A stretch of 64,000 bases of DNA, taken from Octopus sinensis. Its lineage: Eukaryota. Under the pieces are notes generated by a model that worked only from the letters and a program-made list of their open reading frames with translations, did no database searches and had not been told where the DNA came from. Positions within the stretch are counted from its first letter, which is position 1, and the number at the start of each line of letters is the position of its first letter. Positions 50,626 through 64,000 of this stretch are shown here, in pieces. The position numbers were made by a program, and so were the translations under genes. The stretch spans positions 117,862,001 through 117,926,000 of the forward strand of contig NC_043000.1 in assembly GCF_006345805.1 (NCBI RefSeq). The letters are read 5' to 3'.

Positions 50626-51562
50626 CCGGTGTAGTAAGTGATCTACATGCCACTGTAATCTACAGCAACTTAAATCTAGACTAGCTTGTGGTCTACATTC
50701 AAAATTTTGTTATAAAATTGCAATTATAGAGAAATTCTATTGCAGCGTTTTCATCTCGAATAACCCGTGTGTAAAATTCTTTTGCTCTCATCACGATTTC
50801 TTCCAATGGGCTCAGGACTTAGTGTTTTAAATCATAAAAGTATTTTTGGTTTATTTACCAAACCGACCGGAAGTCGAGTAAAGAGACGAATTTTAAATGT
50901 AGATCAAAAGGTCGGTGTAGATCACAAACTATACCACATAGGTTCTCAAAGTGGTGCTATCGCCTCCGGTGGGCGGTCAGACGTCCAGGTGGGCGCTGGT
51001 GCCTAAGAGGGCGGTAGAGAAAACGGAGGCGTTGGGAGGAAGGCAGTGGAATGGGGGACGCTATGAATTTATTATAATATTATTATAGTATCGTATACAA
51101 ATTATATATTAAAAAAATAAATGCGCCCTTTTTAAAGCCTAGTCAGGCTCACAGGCCTGGTTTCCCGGTTTCTATGGCGTATGTGTTCCCCAGCTGGACG
51201 GGACGCTAGTCCATCGCAGCGTTACTCACTTTTGCCAGCTGAGTGGACTGGAGCAACGTGAAATGAAGTGTTTTGCTCAAGAACACAACACGTCACCCGG
51301 TCTAGGAATCGAAACCACAATCTTACGATCATGCTGCTGACACCCTAACAACTAAGCCACGCGCCTCCACATACAAATTACATAATATATCAAATATTAA
51401 ATGATTCATTGTATATATAAATTAGTAAATTATAAAATGCTTATTTATACATAAAAATAGGGGTGATGCCCCAAAAGTTTGAGAACCTCTGCTATACCAT
51501 TTGAACTAATGTAGATCACAAGCTTTACCAGAAACAGGTATGTAGATCATATACAACACCGG
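50626..51562. mobile_element. Foldback-like element with TGTAGATCA-repeat inverted ends
   Basis: CCGGTGTAGT..GATCTACAT on the left mirrors ATGTAGATCA..ACAACACCGG on the right. Confidence 0.5.
50937..51491. mobile_element. hAT-type MITE with nested family C SINE
   Basis: TIRs CATAGGTTCTCAAA / TTTGAGAACCTCTG; perfect 8-bp TSD CTATACCA. Confidence 0.85.
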
Positions 51563-51779
51563 CCCTGTCGTAACTTTCTAATGATGCCATCACACTGGCT
51601 AGGTTACCGGTCAACTTCTTCGTCTTGAACCGGACAGCAGTCGTTTGACTGTTGAGTGAACTGAATGTTTTCTCCAAGATCACAACGCACCACCGGTATG
51701 GGAATCGAAACTGCGTTCTTGAGATTGTGAGTGCAACACCCTAAGCACTAGACCACCCACCATCACACTCAAACAAGGA

Positions 51780-52400
51780 CATCTGCCGCTACCCAAGCCA
51801 CTTCTATATCCGGGTTCTACCCTCACCTTGGAAGTCTTTCTTCCAAGTATGTGGGCAGAAGCACTACTTCCTCTGTTTTCACCGCTACATTCGCCAACCT
51901 CCTCGCCTCCTCTGCTGTCCTAAACTGGACGACTATTCTCCCATATCTTCTTCTTTTGGTTATGTACGTTAACTCCTTTGTTCATTCCCTCAGCGCCTTT
52001 TCCACTTCTGCCTCCACCTGTTCTGCCTTTTTCTTTTACCTTTTAACGAGTATACCTTATAGGTGAACGTTTTCTTCTCCATCCTCTCCATAATTCCTTT
52101 GAGGAGCGACAGCTTCACGTGGCCGCCCACCTTCTGAGATATCTTCTCGTACTCCTCCAGACCAGCCAAGTTCAGCTCCCTTCGCTTCACCTCCATGGCC
52201 TCAGTAAAACTCATTGTTTTCAACACTCCGTCCATCTTTATGACCACCCTTACTAGCTCCTCCTTCTCCTCTTCCTCCTCCTCAGACAACTCAGACCCGT
52301 TATGGTCTGAGTACATCTTCTAAGCAACACAAAAAACTACGTCCGACTCTTACAAAATCCAGACAGCAAATAACCCAACGCATGCGCGGAAGCGGGGAAG
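51780..52400 (-). pseudogene. 5' end of a Tx1/L1-type LINE: 5' UTR + frameshifted ORF1
   Basis: MYSDHNGSELSEEE.. then TYITKRRRYGRIVVQFRTAEEARRLANVAVKTEEVVLLPTY.GRKTSKVRVE (RRM-like ORF1, recognised from recall). Confidence 0.6.
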
Positions 52401-52478
52401 CAAGCTTCTTACCACACCTTACCACACAGCCATATATTTATTTATATATATATGTATATATATATATTTATTTATATA

Positions 52479-52511
<33 letters not shown>

Positions 52512-52512
52512 T

Positions 52513-52560
<48 letters not shown>

Positions 52561-53276
52561 GTATATGTATATGTATGTAAGGAATTTTATAGTTATAGCC
52601 GGTCAAAGAGTGACCATTTCTTTCGCACCTATAAAGTAATTTGAGGTACAGGCAACTTGTCAGAATCAAATGCTCTGATGCACTAAAGTACATTTCTTTT
52701 TCTGGCATAAACTACTGACCACACACACACACATACTTACGCCTACACTCACACACATACTTATATATATGTACATATACATATATGCTTGCAGACATAC
52801 GCGCGCGCACACACAAACATACGCATATAAACAAATATATATATATGCCAATCATATTGCAAATTAATTAATTTTTTTGCTTTCAGTGACATTTGAACTG
52901 AGAACATAGAAGGATCAAATTAATCCCCCCCTGATCCGCCCCTATCTCTTTTAGATTTTGAAATATTAACATACATTTTTTTCCAGACACTTGGTGTTGA
53001 ATTTTATGTTATAGTACATCACGGTGACATAAGTTTTAATGATTTATATAAATTTTTTTCTCATTATATCAGCATATAATTTGATGCTGTTTATGTTTTG
53101 CTTAAGATTCGTTTTTTTTTAATCGTAAAATATTTCAAAACACACTCTTTGTCGGATATTACATCAGAGCTACTGTTTATATTTTGATTATACTATATGC
53201 TATAGCTATATATGTTATTGCTAAAAGTACAATAGAAATATATAATAATAAATTATGTTAATAAAAACAGTAAGAA

Positions 53277-53655
53277 ACGCGCCGGGCGAAGTGCTTTGCG
53301 GTATTTCGCCCGTCGCTACGTTCTGAGTTCAAATTCCGCCGTGGTCGACTTTGCCTTTCATCCTTTCGGGGTCGATTAAATAAATACCAGTTACGCACTG
53401 GGGTCCATATAATCGACTTAATCCGTTTGTCTGTCCTTGTCTGTCCTTGTTTGTCCTCTCTGTGTTTAGCCCCTTGTGGATAGTAAAAGAAATAGGCTGA
53501 GTGCTGGTGGAATCGTTAACACGCCTGGTAAAATACTTGCGGCACCTCGTTTGCGTTTACATTCTGAGTTCAAATTCTGCAAAGGTCGGCTTTGCATTTC
53601 ATCCTTTCGGGGTCGGAAAAAAAGTAAAAATTGTTGGCCTAGTACCAAAATTTGA
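53277..53655 (+). mobile_element. Two tandem family A SINEs with different tails
   Basis: 53277-53493 and 53495-53655. Confidence 0.75.
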
Positions 53656-54189
53656 AACCTATCAACATGACTTTAATGCATTTATGTAGCTGAAAACTTA
53701 AAGGCTGTGGTTTTCTTCCGGGGGTAAAACCTCTTTCGTGTTAAAAAAGTACAATATACTTCAGAACTATGTGTGAAACAAAATCGCCCACGATGTGACC
53801 GCCAGAGCAACAGAAACGTATTCGTGTTCGTTGCAGTTTCGATGTAGCGATTTCAGGTTACCCACCCCCATTTAGCTTAGCTCCCGGTAGCTTAAAATCA
53901 ATTTCATCTTATCCCCTATGACTTCAGATTACCTCCTCAAATCCTCTCCCAAGTATTTGCTACTCTGGTGGCAAACAAAATTTTTTTTTTTTTTAAATGA
54001 TGGTCATCGTTGTTAAAAAAACATTTCCCCTCTAATTTGAAATTATAATAAGTAGAAGGAACTTTGCTTCTTTCTCGAATCATATAGACTCACAAGGGCC
54101 AGGTTCCCGGTTTTCATGGCGTATATATTACCCACCTGGACGGGACGGATGTAACAAGTAGGTGAAAGACGATAACTCCTGAACATTGT

Positions 54190-54432
54190 AAATAAAGAAA
54201 ACCTCGTCTATTATGGCCATTTTTGAAGAAGCAGAGTTTTGGAAAACATTATCATGGAAGGAAGAGTAGACAGCAGTAGACCAGGAGGCAGTCAAAGAAC
54301 GCAATGGATGGACAAAATCAAGAGCTGGTTATACAAGTGTGGCAAGGCAGCCGGAGAACTCGTGCTTAATCGAGAAGACTTTGGAGGTGGTGCCATCAAT
54401 GCGCTGCAGGAATACGATACATGACGACGACG
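54190..54432 (+). mobile_element. RTE-clade LINE 3' fragment
   Basis: YYGHF..LENIIMEGRVDSSRPGGSQRTQWMDKIK; short GAC-repeat tail. Confidence 0.7.
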
Positions 54433-54920
54433 AATGCGTCTTATACGACATCGATACACAGTATACAGAATCACATTAGTAGTACTTGCGTTAATGGTAC
54501 GCATTGATTGAGGTTCATATCGTGCTGTTCCAGTGGAAATAGTTTAAGAAACTGATGAAGAAGACAAGGAAACAAATAATAACAACTGCATTGAAACGGC
54601 TAACGTTGATATAAGAAGATAAAAGATAAAGAAATAGATTATACGAATCAAACGTAAATGGTGACAGCGTTTTATGGGATGTATCAGACATCATTTTGTA
54701 GGCGGGATGGCCGCCATTATCGTGAAATCGCTGTGGTAGGTTAGGGTGGTGTAGATGATAGACAGCTCCGTAAAAGAACCTGGCTGTAAATTCATTAACA
54801 GCCAAACTTTAACGACAGACGACATTCGTAAGGGCCCTCACATCAGTTCCTCCATACTTTCTTCTTGCTTCCTTTCTTTTTCTTCTTTCCCCTTCTCTCC
54901 GTCTATATAATTGCATATAT

Positions 54921-54982
<62 letters not shown>

Positions 54983-55173
54983 GCGCACACACTTACGTAC
55001 AAATGTATACATCTATACAGTCGCACATGCAAATGCATACATATTTCTTGACATTCGTGTGTGTGCGTGTGCGTGCGTATGCATATATATATATATATAT
55101 ACACATATATATGCGTGTGTGTATGTGTGTATGTGTATACAGATCTATCTATATCTATCTATCCATCTATCTA

Positions 55174-55207
<34 letters not shown>

Positions 55208-56149
55208 CATCTATCTATCCATCTATCCATTTATTATATATCTATCTATCAATCTATCTATCTATCTATTTTGTATATGTATATACCTATATATTCTTTT
55301 ATTCTTTTAATGGTTTCAGTCGCCGGACTGCGGCTATGCTGGCGCACCACCTTAATTTTTTTTTTTATTTTGTTGTCCCTTTATGATTGAAAGTTGGTCG
55401 ACGATTAAGTTTGTAGTTTTGCTGGTCTCCCCTGTATGTATCCTTGAATGGTTGATTGAATACTTGAGGGCCTCTGAATATTAGAAGGGTACAGTAAAAT
55501 GTTTTTTGCTCGTGTGTTTGAAGATAGCATATTTGTAAGTTGACAGTACCTACCAGTTCGAGCATTAAAATTCGCTTTAATGCCAATGTTTGGAACATGC
55601 CCCTCCAGGATCATCCATACATATATAATAGTATATCTTCTTTTCGGCGTTCAAGAGAGTAGAGACGCAGAGCTTTCAGGTTTCCCCAGTAATCAAAGCC
55701 ATTAACAGAAATCATTTTACTGGTTAATGTTCTTTATAAGCCTTCAATTTCTTCTATGAGACCGGGTGAATTTGGAGACTAAAGTTGTAAGCAGTAATCT
55801 AATCTGCTCTGAACTAAACTTTTCCATAGAGTTAGAGAACCATAACAACCGGTTATCTTGCTGTGACGGTTCGTAGGATCCATCCTATGGGATGTCTGCA
55901 TTTAGAGGTTAATTTCGTGATGGGGTTGATGAAAGATGCATCATTTGACGTATGTTGTTAGTTCTCTGAATCATTGTATTATCTGGCGCCAAATATTGGG
56001 ATTTGTGTCTATTCCTTCGATAGTGAAGGGCCTGAAATTTTGATGTATAAAATTTCGCCGTGAACTTTATATTCCATGTTTCATTATTGTAGTAACAGTT
56101 TATTTTAGCTAAATACTTCCCTCCTTCTTTGTTGCTCCTTTGCTCTTCC

Positions 56150-56180
<31 letters not shown>

Positions 56181-56207
56181 CATACTACTACTACATACAT
56201 ACATACA

Positions 56208-56239
<32 letters not shown>

Positions 56240-56327
56240 CATACATACATACATAAATACATGCATGCATACATGCAATATATATATATATATATATATA
56301 TATTGTATATATATAATTATATATATA

Positions 56328-56385
<58 letters not shown>

Positions 56386-56411
56386 ATCTGTGTGTATATA
56401 TATATATATGA

Positions 56412-56456
<45 letters not shown>

Positions 56457-57159
56457 TTAATTATATATATCTGTGTGTGTATGAATATATCTCTGTGTGT
56501 GTGCGTGTTTGTGTGTGTGTGCGAGCGCGTACGTGTGACTTTTATTCTCTTGCTTTGTCGAAGCTATTAAACCTTACTGTTTTTCGCCCCTTCAGCTTTC
56601 GTATAATACTTTCCTGTTATTTTATTCCCCGTCTTACTCTCTTAACGATATGTTAACGGCACTTCATTAAAAATGATTTGTAAGGTAGAGTGTTTATCTA
56701 CATGGGCGGGGTCAGTCCTTGCACTCCCCACTTCGCCCAAACCATCACTACCGTTTCACACTTTCTTTTCAGTAACGTGATTACAGCAATGGGCGTATCT
56801 GTAATATTATCGTTCTGTTTGCAGTCCTGATACTTAGTTAAACGACTGTCATTTATGAGGAGTTAGACAAGAAAAGTGTGTGGATTATAAATTGCACCTG
56901 TTTATATGATATATATATATATATATATATATATGATATATATATATATATATTATATATATAAAGGAGCACTCCGTCGCTTACGACGGCGTGGGTTCCA
57001 GCTGATACGATCAACGGAACAGCTTGCTCGTGAAATTAATATACAAGTCGCTGAGCACTCAACAGACACGTGTACCCTTAACGTAGTTCTCAGGGAGTTT
57101 CAGCGTGACACAGTATGTGACAAGGCTGGCCCTTTGAAATGCTTGAAAGCCTCCACATT

Positions 57160-57700
57160 ATCAAAAGCAGAGCTTTACATTTACAAACGCACCGGCACAA
57201 CGAAGCAATCCGGCTGAAACGACCCAACCGGCGACATAGCTTACTTCTTCAACACGACAACGTTTCGACCCCTCATAGCTAATTTGGTAAAATAAATTCT
57301 GTTCAAGAGCACAGTTGGTAAGTTCTATCCCACCCACAGTATTCCTCTGGTCCAGCACCTTCCGATTATTGTCTTTCATTTTTTTTTTCGCTTTCCAATA
57401 GCTTGCGACACGTTTGATGCAATATCGACGAGGAGTTGAAAAATATGGCTCAATGAATTCTTCCAGTCAAAACTTGGTGATTTCTACTATCAAGGTATTA
57501 ACATAACAAGCTCGTGGAAAATAGGCAAAAAGTCATGAAAAATCATTGTCTTGTGCGGCTTGGTTCGAGGTGTGGCTTGCTTGTCAAGACTCAACCTTTC
57601 TTTCCTGTGCTTCATATTGATATAAAGATCCCATTTTCCATCACCAGTGACGATGCAGTAAAGAAATCTTATTGTGTCGATGAGCAATCAAGCGTCGAGA
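57160..57700. mobile_element. Rearranged mariner remnant
   Basis: Plus strand 57160-57543 NEAIRLKRPNRRHSLLLQHDN..APSDY; minus strand 57544-57700 RFLYCIVTGDGKW..QATPRTKP. Confidence 0.75.
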
Positions 57701-57898
57701 GAGCAAACTGACAACGATAGAGGAGAGCTGGCGTAGGAGTGGTTGCGTGGTAAGTAGCTTGCTTACGAACCACATGGTTCCGGGTTCAGTCCCACTGGAG
57801 CATCTTGGGCAAGTGTCTTCTACTATAGCCTCGTGCCATCCAAAGCCTTGTGAGTTGATTCGGTAGACGGAAACTGAAAGAAGCCCGTCGTATATATG

Positions 57899-57929
<31 letters not shown>

Positions 57930-58404
57930 ATAAGTTTGTGTGTCTGTGTTTGTCCCCCCAACATAACTTAACAACCGATGCTGGCGTGTTTACGTCCCCG
58001 TAACTTAGCAGTTCGGCAAAAGAGACCGATAGAATAAGTACTAGGGATCGATTTGCTCGACTAAAAAGGCGGTGCTCCAGTATGACCACAGTCAAATGAC
58101 TGAAACAAGTAAAAGAAAAAAAGAGTAAAAGTGAATGAAAGTGTAATATACTATTGACTGATTTATTATTAATAAAATTGTTGACGACAAATTTATATTA
58201 AAATAAATGGAGGAGAAAAAAAACGAATGAATTTATCTGCCAACACAATGTTTGTTCATGGAATAAGTGTCTAAGTGGTTGACCATTTCACAATCACATA
58301 TACTTTGAACGTTATTATCAGGTAGAACTGAGACTACACAAGGTGTGACGAGGCTGTCTCTTAATTATATGTACAGTCGCTTCAACGAGTTTCTATAGAG
58401 TTTC

Positions 58405-58824
58405 CTATTTCTTTACCGCCCACAAGGGGCTACACACAGAAGGGACAAACAAGGACAGACAAACGGATTAAGTCGATTGTATCGACCCCAGTGCGTAACT
58501 GGTACTTATTTAATCGACCCCGAAAGGATGAAAGGCAAAGTCGACCTCGGCGGAATTTGAACTCAGAGCGTAGCGGCAGACGAAATACCTATTTCTTTAT
58601 TACCCACAAGGGGCTAAACATAGAGGGGACAAACAAGGACAGACAAACGGATTAAGTCGATTACATTATCGATCCCAGTGCGTAACTGGTACTTAATTTA
58701 TCGACCCGAAATGATGAAAGGCAAAGTCGACCTCGGCGGAATTTGAACTCACAACGTAACGACAGACGAAATACGGCTGCTCATTTCGTCCGGCGTGCTA
58801 ACATTTCTGCCAGCTCGCAGCCTT
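58405..58824 (-). mobile_element. Family A SINE dimer
   Basis: 16-bp TSD GTTTCTATAGA(G/T)TTTC at 58389 and 58825. Confidence 0.9.
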
Positions 58825-59591
58825 GTTTCTATAGATTTTCTGTCTACCCAAGTTCACTCCCAGTGAATAAACTATACACAATTTCACTGGGTGTGAATTC
58901 GGGTATATTTATTGAAATTGTATTTTTATTTCGTGATTCGACTTTTATGTCGCTATAATCTTTGTTTGTCTCAAATGTCATAACAATTAGCTCTTTCCAT
59001 TTGATTAACCGTCGAACTAATTAATCATTCTGATTGTAAAATTATCTCATCCTCCTATTTTTATCTTTTATTTTAACTCAGGTTTTTTTTTTTGTTATTC
59101 GCTCTCTCCTTCTTTATGCATGTGTTCGCGTGCGCGTGTGTTACGTGTGTGTATGTGTGAGTGTTTTTTGTGCGTGAGCATGTGTGTTTGGGTATAGGTG
59201 TGTATTTAGCGGTCATAAACCATATGTTTGATAAACACATATTTAATCTCGCCATAAAAATATAAACCTGTGACGAAATGCCAGGAACTTTAGCAGCTGG
59301 TCCTGAGGAATCGGACCATTTGTGTTTCGTCATATATCGCAACTCATCATGGTCGCTTGCCTTATCATCCTTTAACATCCGAATTTACAAAGAATATATA
59401 TTTTATCTTTATTAGTTTCTTTTATTTATTTCAGTCATTTGACTGTGGCCATGCTGGGGCACAATGCCTTGAAATTTTAGTATCGACCCCAGTACATTTT
59501 TTAAAGTCTACTACTTATTACATCGGTCTCTTTTGTCGAACTGCTAGGTTACGGGGACGTAGACATAACAGCAGCAGCTGTCAAATGGGGG

Positions 59592-59679
<88 letters not shown>

Positions 59680-61710
59680 CGTCTTCTCTCTCTCTCTCTC
59701 TTCTATTTGTTCTCTTTTCAAAGAAAATATTTCTCCCAGCGTTCACTATTTTCTTCTCGTTCTGGTTTAACGACCCCCCATGTTTGTTTTCGTTCGGTTT
59801 CCTTGTATGTCTCCACTGTCCTGCCTTTGTTCCCAACTTTGGGCCTCCAGAAATCCAAAACATTATTTTGGAATTTATCAGAGCAACTGTCTTCGAAGAC
59901 TCATATATTGTCGTTGAGTTCTCGAAGTGGAGAGTGAATGGACGGCCGACAACCGACGAGGGGTCGTTCTTTGAGTTACTTGTCCAAGCTGTATCGGCCC
60001 TTTTGCCCTTCCCTTGGATAACACTGGTGACGTGGAGAGGGGAGGCCAGTATGCATAGGCGACTGTTGGTCTTCCATAAACAACCTTGACCGGACATGTG
60101 CCTGGGAGGGTAACTTTCTAGGTGCAATCCCATGGTCAGTTATGACCGAAGGGAGTTCAGCAACTTAGAGTTCAGTGGACTCGGACGATAAAGTGTTAAT
60201 TTTCCATCGATGCAGCACATTGCTAAAGACCATTGTATTTTATTTAAATATCTCGATTTCGCAGATAAAACTTTAAATGAAATTATTATAAATGAGACTT
60301 TAAAAACCTTTAAATTTAGGAGTGGAAATCCACAGAGCTGAAAGTGGAAAATGTACAACTGTTCACTTTCGTTTCCAGGCTTCATTTAACTTCGATAATT
60401 ATTATGCATCTTTTATTTTTCCTTCTTAGAAATAATTCTGTTTTAATTGAATAATAATTGATTTCAAATTTTCACACAAGTTCAGCAGGTTTGGGGGAGA
60501 AGCTAAGTTGATTACATCTACCCCAATGTTCAACTGGTACTTATTTTATCGATCCCGAATGAATGAAAGGCAAAGTCAACTTCGTTGGAATTTGAACGCA
60601 GAACATACATACAGACGAAATGCCGCTAACGATTTTGTCAAGCTTGCCACCTTTAATGGAAGAATAATTATTTTCAAATTTTGGCAGAAGGTCAACAAGT
60701 TCGAGGAAGAGCGTCGGTCGATTATGTCGACCCCAGTATTTAACTGGTATTTATTTTATCGACCTCGAAATGATAAAAGGCAAAGTTGACCTCGGCGGAT
60801 TTTGAACTCAGAACGTAAAGACGAACAGAACTGTGCTAATCATTATGTCCAGCGTGCTAACGATTCTGTCAGCCTGCCGGCTTTAGTTAAGCAATAATTG
60901 ATAAGAAAACTGTGTGGTAAGCTGTTACTTAAAATTTAACATATTTTTCTAGTAAACAAATTGATTAAAAAATAATCTGTGGTTTAGCTTAGGCTAAATT
61001 TAGATTGAAACTGGATCGTGTATGAATTTTAAAATGGAAATGATTCTTATAAATAATAGTTTGGCTACAGTCTCTTCTACTCCTAAATATAAGAGGAGCG
61101 AATAAATACATTTAAATTGCTTTAAGTGTTTTAGAAATGGTAAATTGATTAGCTTCTTCGTTTTTCGAAATATAATAGATACCCAAAGGGATTAAATAGT
61201 TACAAATCTTCTGGTTATTAAATTATTAAATGAACCCCACTGAAAGCTAATATTAAAATTGTCCTTGACCATACAACAACATATATATATAATTTCATCT
61301 TGTATTAGTTCGCGTTACTTAATGCCCATACATTAAAACCCCCGGACGATAACAGCGAGTGTTGAGTATCTTGTGACAAAAAATGTAATGTTAAACATTA
61401 AATTATAATCCTTCAGTTTGATTTGGCAACATGTGTGTAAATGTACTCCTTCCTTAGTGGAAAACTTCCTTTGCACTCTGCTCTTAGAAATTTGCGTAAA
61501 CCACATAAGAAACTAAATAACATTTTTTTTCTTTCTAAAAGGAAGTTGCATAAACGTTTTAATTTAATGACGTTATTATTAGCTTTTATTTCATCAACAT
61601 ACAGATTCAGGCACGGCCGAGTTGATGAGAAGATCGTTTCGCAAATATGAGGTTCCGGGTTCAATTCAACTGCATGACATCGTATATTTCAAGATGTTAC
61701 CCCCAGCGTG

Positions 61711-61879
61711 CTGCCGCTACATTCTGAGTTCAAATTCCGCCGAGGTCGACTTTGCCTTTCATCCTTCCGGGGTCGATTAAATGAGTACCAGTTACGCACT
61801 GGGGTCGATATAATCGACTTAATCCGTTTGTCTGTCCTTGTTTGTCCTCTCTGTGTTTAGCCCCTTGTGGGTAGTAAAG
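61711..61879 (+). mobile_element. 5'-truncated family A SINE
   Basis: 13-bp TSD TACCCCCAG(C/T)GTG. Confidence 0.85.
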
Positions 61880-62127
61880 TACCCCCAGTGTGACCACAGA
61901 CAAACAACTGGAACAAGAAAGATATAAAAGAAAAAGATGGAAACTAAAGAAAGTAAAATTGTCTCCTCAAATACACCTGCCATCAAAGATATTCCGACCG
62001 TGGCCACCCCTCATTATAGTCAGGCATCATATATCTACAAGCATATTATCCAACATGTCCTACGCTTTTTGTAATTATGTTTTGTTTCGTTATTGCTTTT
62101 ATGACCGTAGGGCCTGACATTTAAACT

Positions 62128-62547
62128 TATTTCTTTATTGCCCACCAGGGGCTAAACATAGAGGGGACAAACAAGGACAGGCAAAAGGATTAAGTCGATT
62201 ACATCGACCCCAGTACGTAACTGGTACTTAATTTATCGACCCCGAAAGATGAAAGGTAAGGTCGACTTCGGCAGAATTTGAACTCAGAACGTAGTGGCAG
62301 ACGAAATACCTATTTCTTTACTACCCACAAGGGGCTAAACACAGAGAGGACAAACAAGGACAGACAAACGGATTAAGTCGATTACATTATCGATCCCAGT
62401 GCGTAACTGGTACTTATTTAATCGACTCCGAAAGGATGAAAGGCAATTTCGACCTCGGCGGAATTTGAACTCAGAACTTAACGGCAGACGTAATACGGTT
62501 ACGCATTTCGCCCGGCGTGCTAACGTTTCTGCCAGCTCACCGCCTTT
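62128..62547 (-). mobile_element. Family A SINE dimer
   Basis: 13-bp TSD TGA(C/T)ATTTAAACT. Confidence 0.9.
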
Positions 62548-62809
62548 TGATATTTAAACTGATAGCTGAAAGCAGTGTATTTCCCTTACCCGGGCAGTGT
62601 TCGAATATTATGATGAAAACACGAATAGAAATAGATACTTTAGATATTGATTTCGAATTTTGGCACAAGGCCAGCAATTTCGGATGACGGGATAAGTCGA
62701 TTACATTGATTCCTGTGCTCAACTGGTACTTATTTTATCGACTCCCGAAAGGATGAAAGGCAAAGTCGAACTCGGCGTGTCAGCTCTCTGCTTTAATAAT
62801 AATAATAAT

Positions 62810-63317
62810 CTTTTCTACTCAAGGCACAAAGCCCGAAATTTGGGTGGGGAGGGAGAGGATAGTCGATTAGATCTACATCTGTGCGCAACTGGTACTTAAT
62901 TTATCGACCCCGAAATGAAGTCGACCTCGTCGGAATTTCAACTCAGAACGTAGCGACGGGTGAAATACTGCTAAGCATTTCGTTCAGCGTACTAACGATT
63001 CTGCCAGCTCGTGCCTTTAATAATAATAATAATAATAATAATATTAATAATAATAATAATAATCTTTTCTACTCAAGGCACAAAGCCCGAAATTTGGGTG
63101 GGGAGGGAGAGGATAGTCGATTAGATCTACATCTGTGCGCAACTGGTACTTAATTTATCGACCCCGAAATGAAGTCGACCTCGTCGGAATTTCAACTCAG
63201 AACGTAGCGACGGGTGAAATACTGCTAAGCATTTCGTTCAGCGTACTAACGATTCTGCCAGCTCGTGCCTTTAATAATAATAATAATAATAATAATATTA
63301 ATAATAATAATAATGAT
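62810..63317. repeat. 254-bp tandem duplication (family A SINE + TAA tract)
   Basis: Identical track ORFs start at 62881 and 63135; a diverged third copy lies at 63838-63952. Confidence 0.9.
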
Positions 63318-63342
63318 AATAATAATGATAATAATAATAATG

Positions 63343-63377
<35 letters not shown>

Positions 63378-63379
<2 letters not shown>

Positions 63380-63790
63380 TAAACAAATATAAAGATCTTG
63401 AATTAGAAATCAGCAAAATGTGGAACCTGAAAACTAAAACAATACCTGTTGTCATAAGTGCCCTGGGAATGATAGCGAAAGGGGCTGATTGCTACCTAAC
63501 TCAGATACCAGGAAACCCAAAAATGGCAGAAATTCAAAATATAGTGCTCATGGGAACTGCTCATATCCTACGCAAAATACTTTCTATGTAATCTCAGGGT
63601 TTAAAACAAACATAATTTTCGTTTCTTTTTTTTTTTTTTTGGACATTCACTAGTACAACACCAAAAAACCCCAAATATATGGCACACTAGGCATAACAAC
63701 AACATGAACTTCCAACCTGTTGTCTCTTGAGGTCCCTGGGTGAGACTTGGAGCCAACTTGTATAAATATAAAGCAAAAGTCAAACATAGA
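63378..63790 (+). mobile_element. 5'-truncated RLE-type LINE (Dong/R4-like) in (TAA)n
   Basis: KYKDLELEISKMWNLKTKTIPVVISALGMI..IQNIVLMGTAHILRKILSM* (63378-63591) plus 3' UTR; TAA repeats on both sides. Confidence 0.8.
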
Positions 63791-64000
63791 ATAATAATAA
63801 TAATAATAATGATAATAATAATAATAATAATAATAATCTTTTCTACTCAAGGCACAAAGCCCGAAATTTGGGTGGGGAGGGAGAGGATAGTCGATTAGAT
63901 CTACACCTGTGCGCAACTGGTACTTAATTTATTAACTCCGAAAGGATGAAAAGGGTACTTGTATCGCAGAGTGCACACACGTGCAGACGCGCGTCCGCGC

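Noticed and set aside
54552-54575. CTGATGA..GAAAC
   Set aside because: Stem II cannot pair and there is no NUH site with stem I.
59675-60133. 152-aa and 101-aa ORFs
   Set aside because: They overlap a dispersed repeat and a (CT)n tract and contain no motif I recognise.
62810-63317. CRISPR-like or satellite array
   Set aside because: A eukaryotic SINE duplication with no repeat-spacer structure.

Overview
This is an AT-rich, microsatellite-saturated eukaryotic non-coding window. It is most likely from an octopus genome, because the tRNA-derived SINEs resemble the Octopus OK/OR families (from recall, not searched). I recognise no host protein-coding gene; most ORFs in the track are translations of (TATG)n, (TA)n, (CA)n and trinucleotide repeats. 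Mobile DNA includes four tRNA-SINE families, a near-full-length mariner with TIRs, several decayed Tc1/mariner copies, hAT and Harbinger-like MITEs, and fragments of Tx1/L1-type, RTE and Dong/R4-type LINEs. The most interesting signal is a series of non-coding inverted repeats and related fragments that carry type I hammerhead-ribozyme motifs with palindromic stem III, as known from Penelope-like elements and retrozymes. These include a 538-bp hammerhead-bearing tandem unit folded into a ~1.4-kb palindrome (36124-37600) and four motifs with a U3-A8 catalytic-core variant. All motif, alignment and folding calls were made by eye, and fragment boundaries are approximate.
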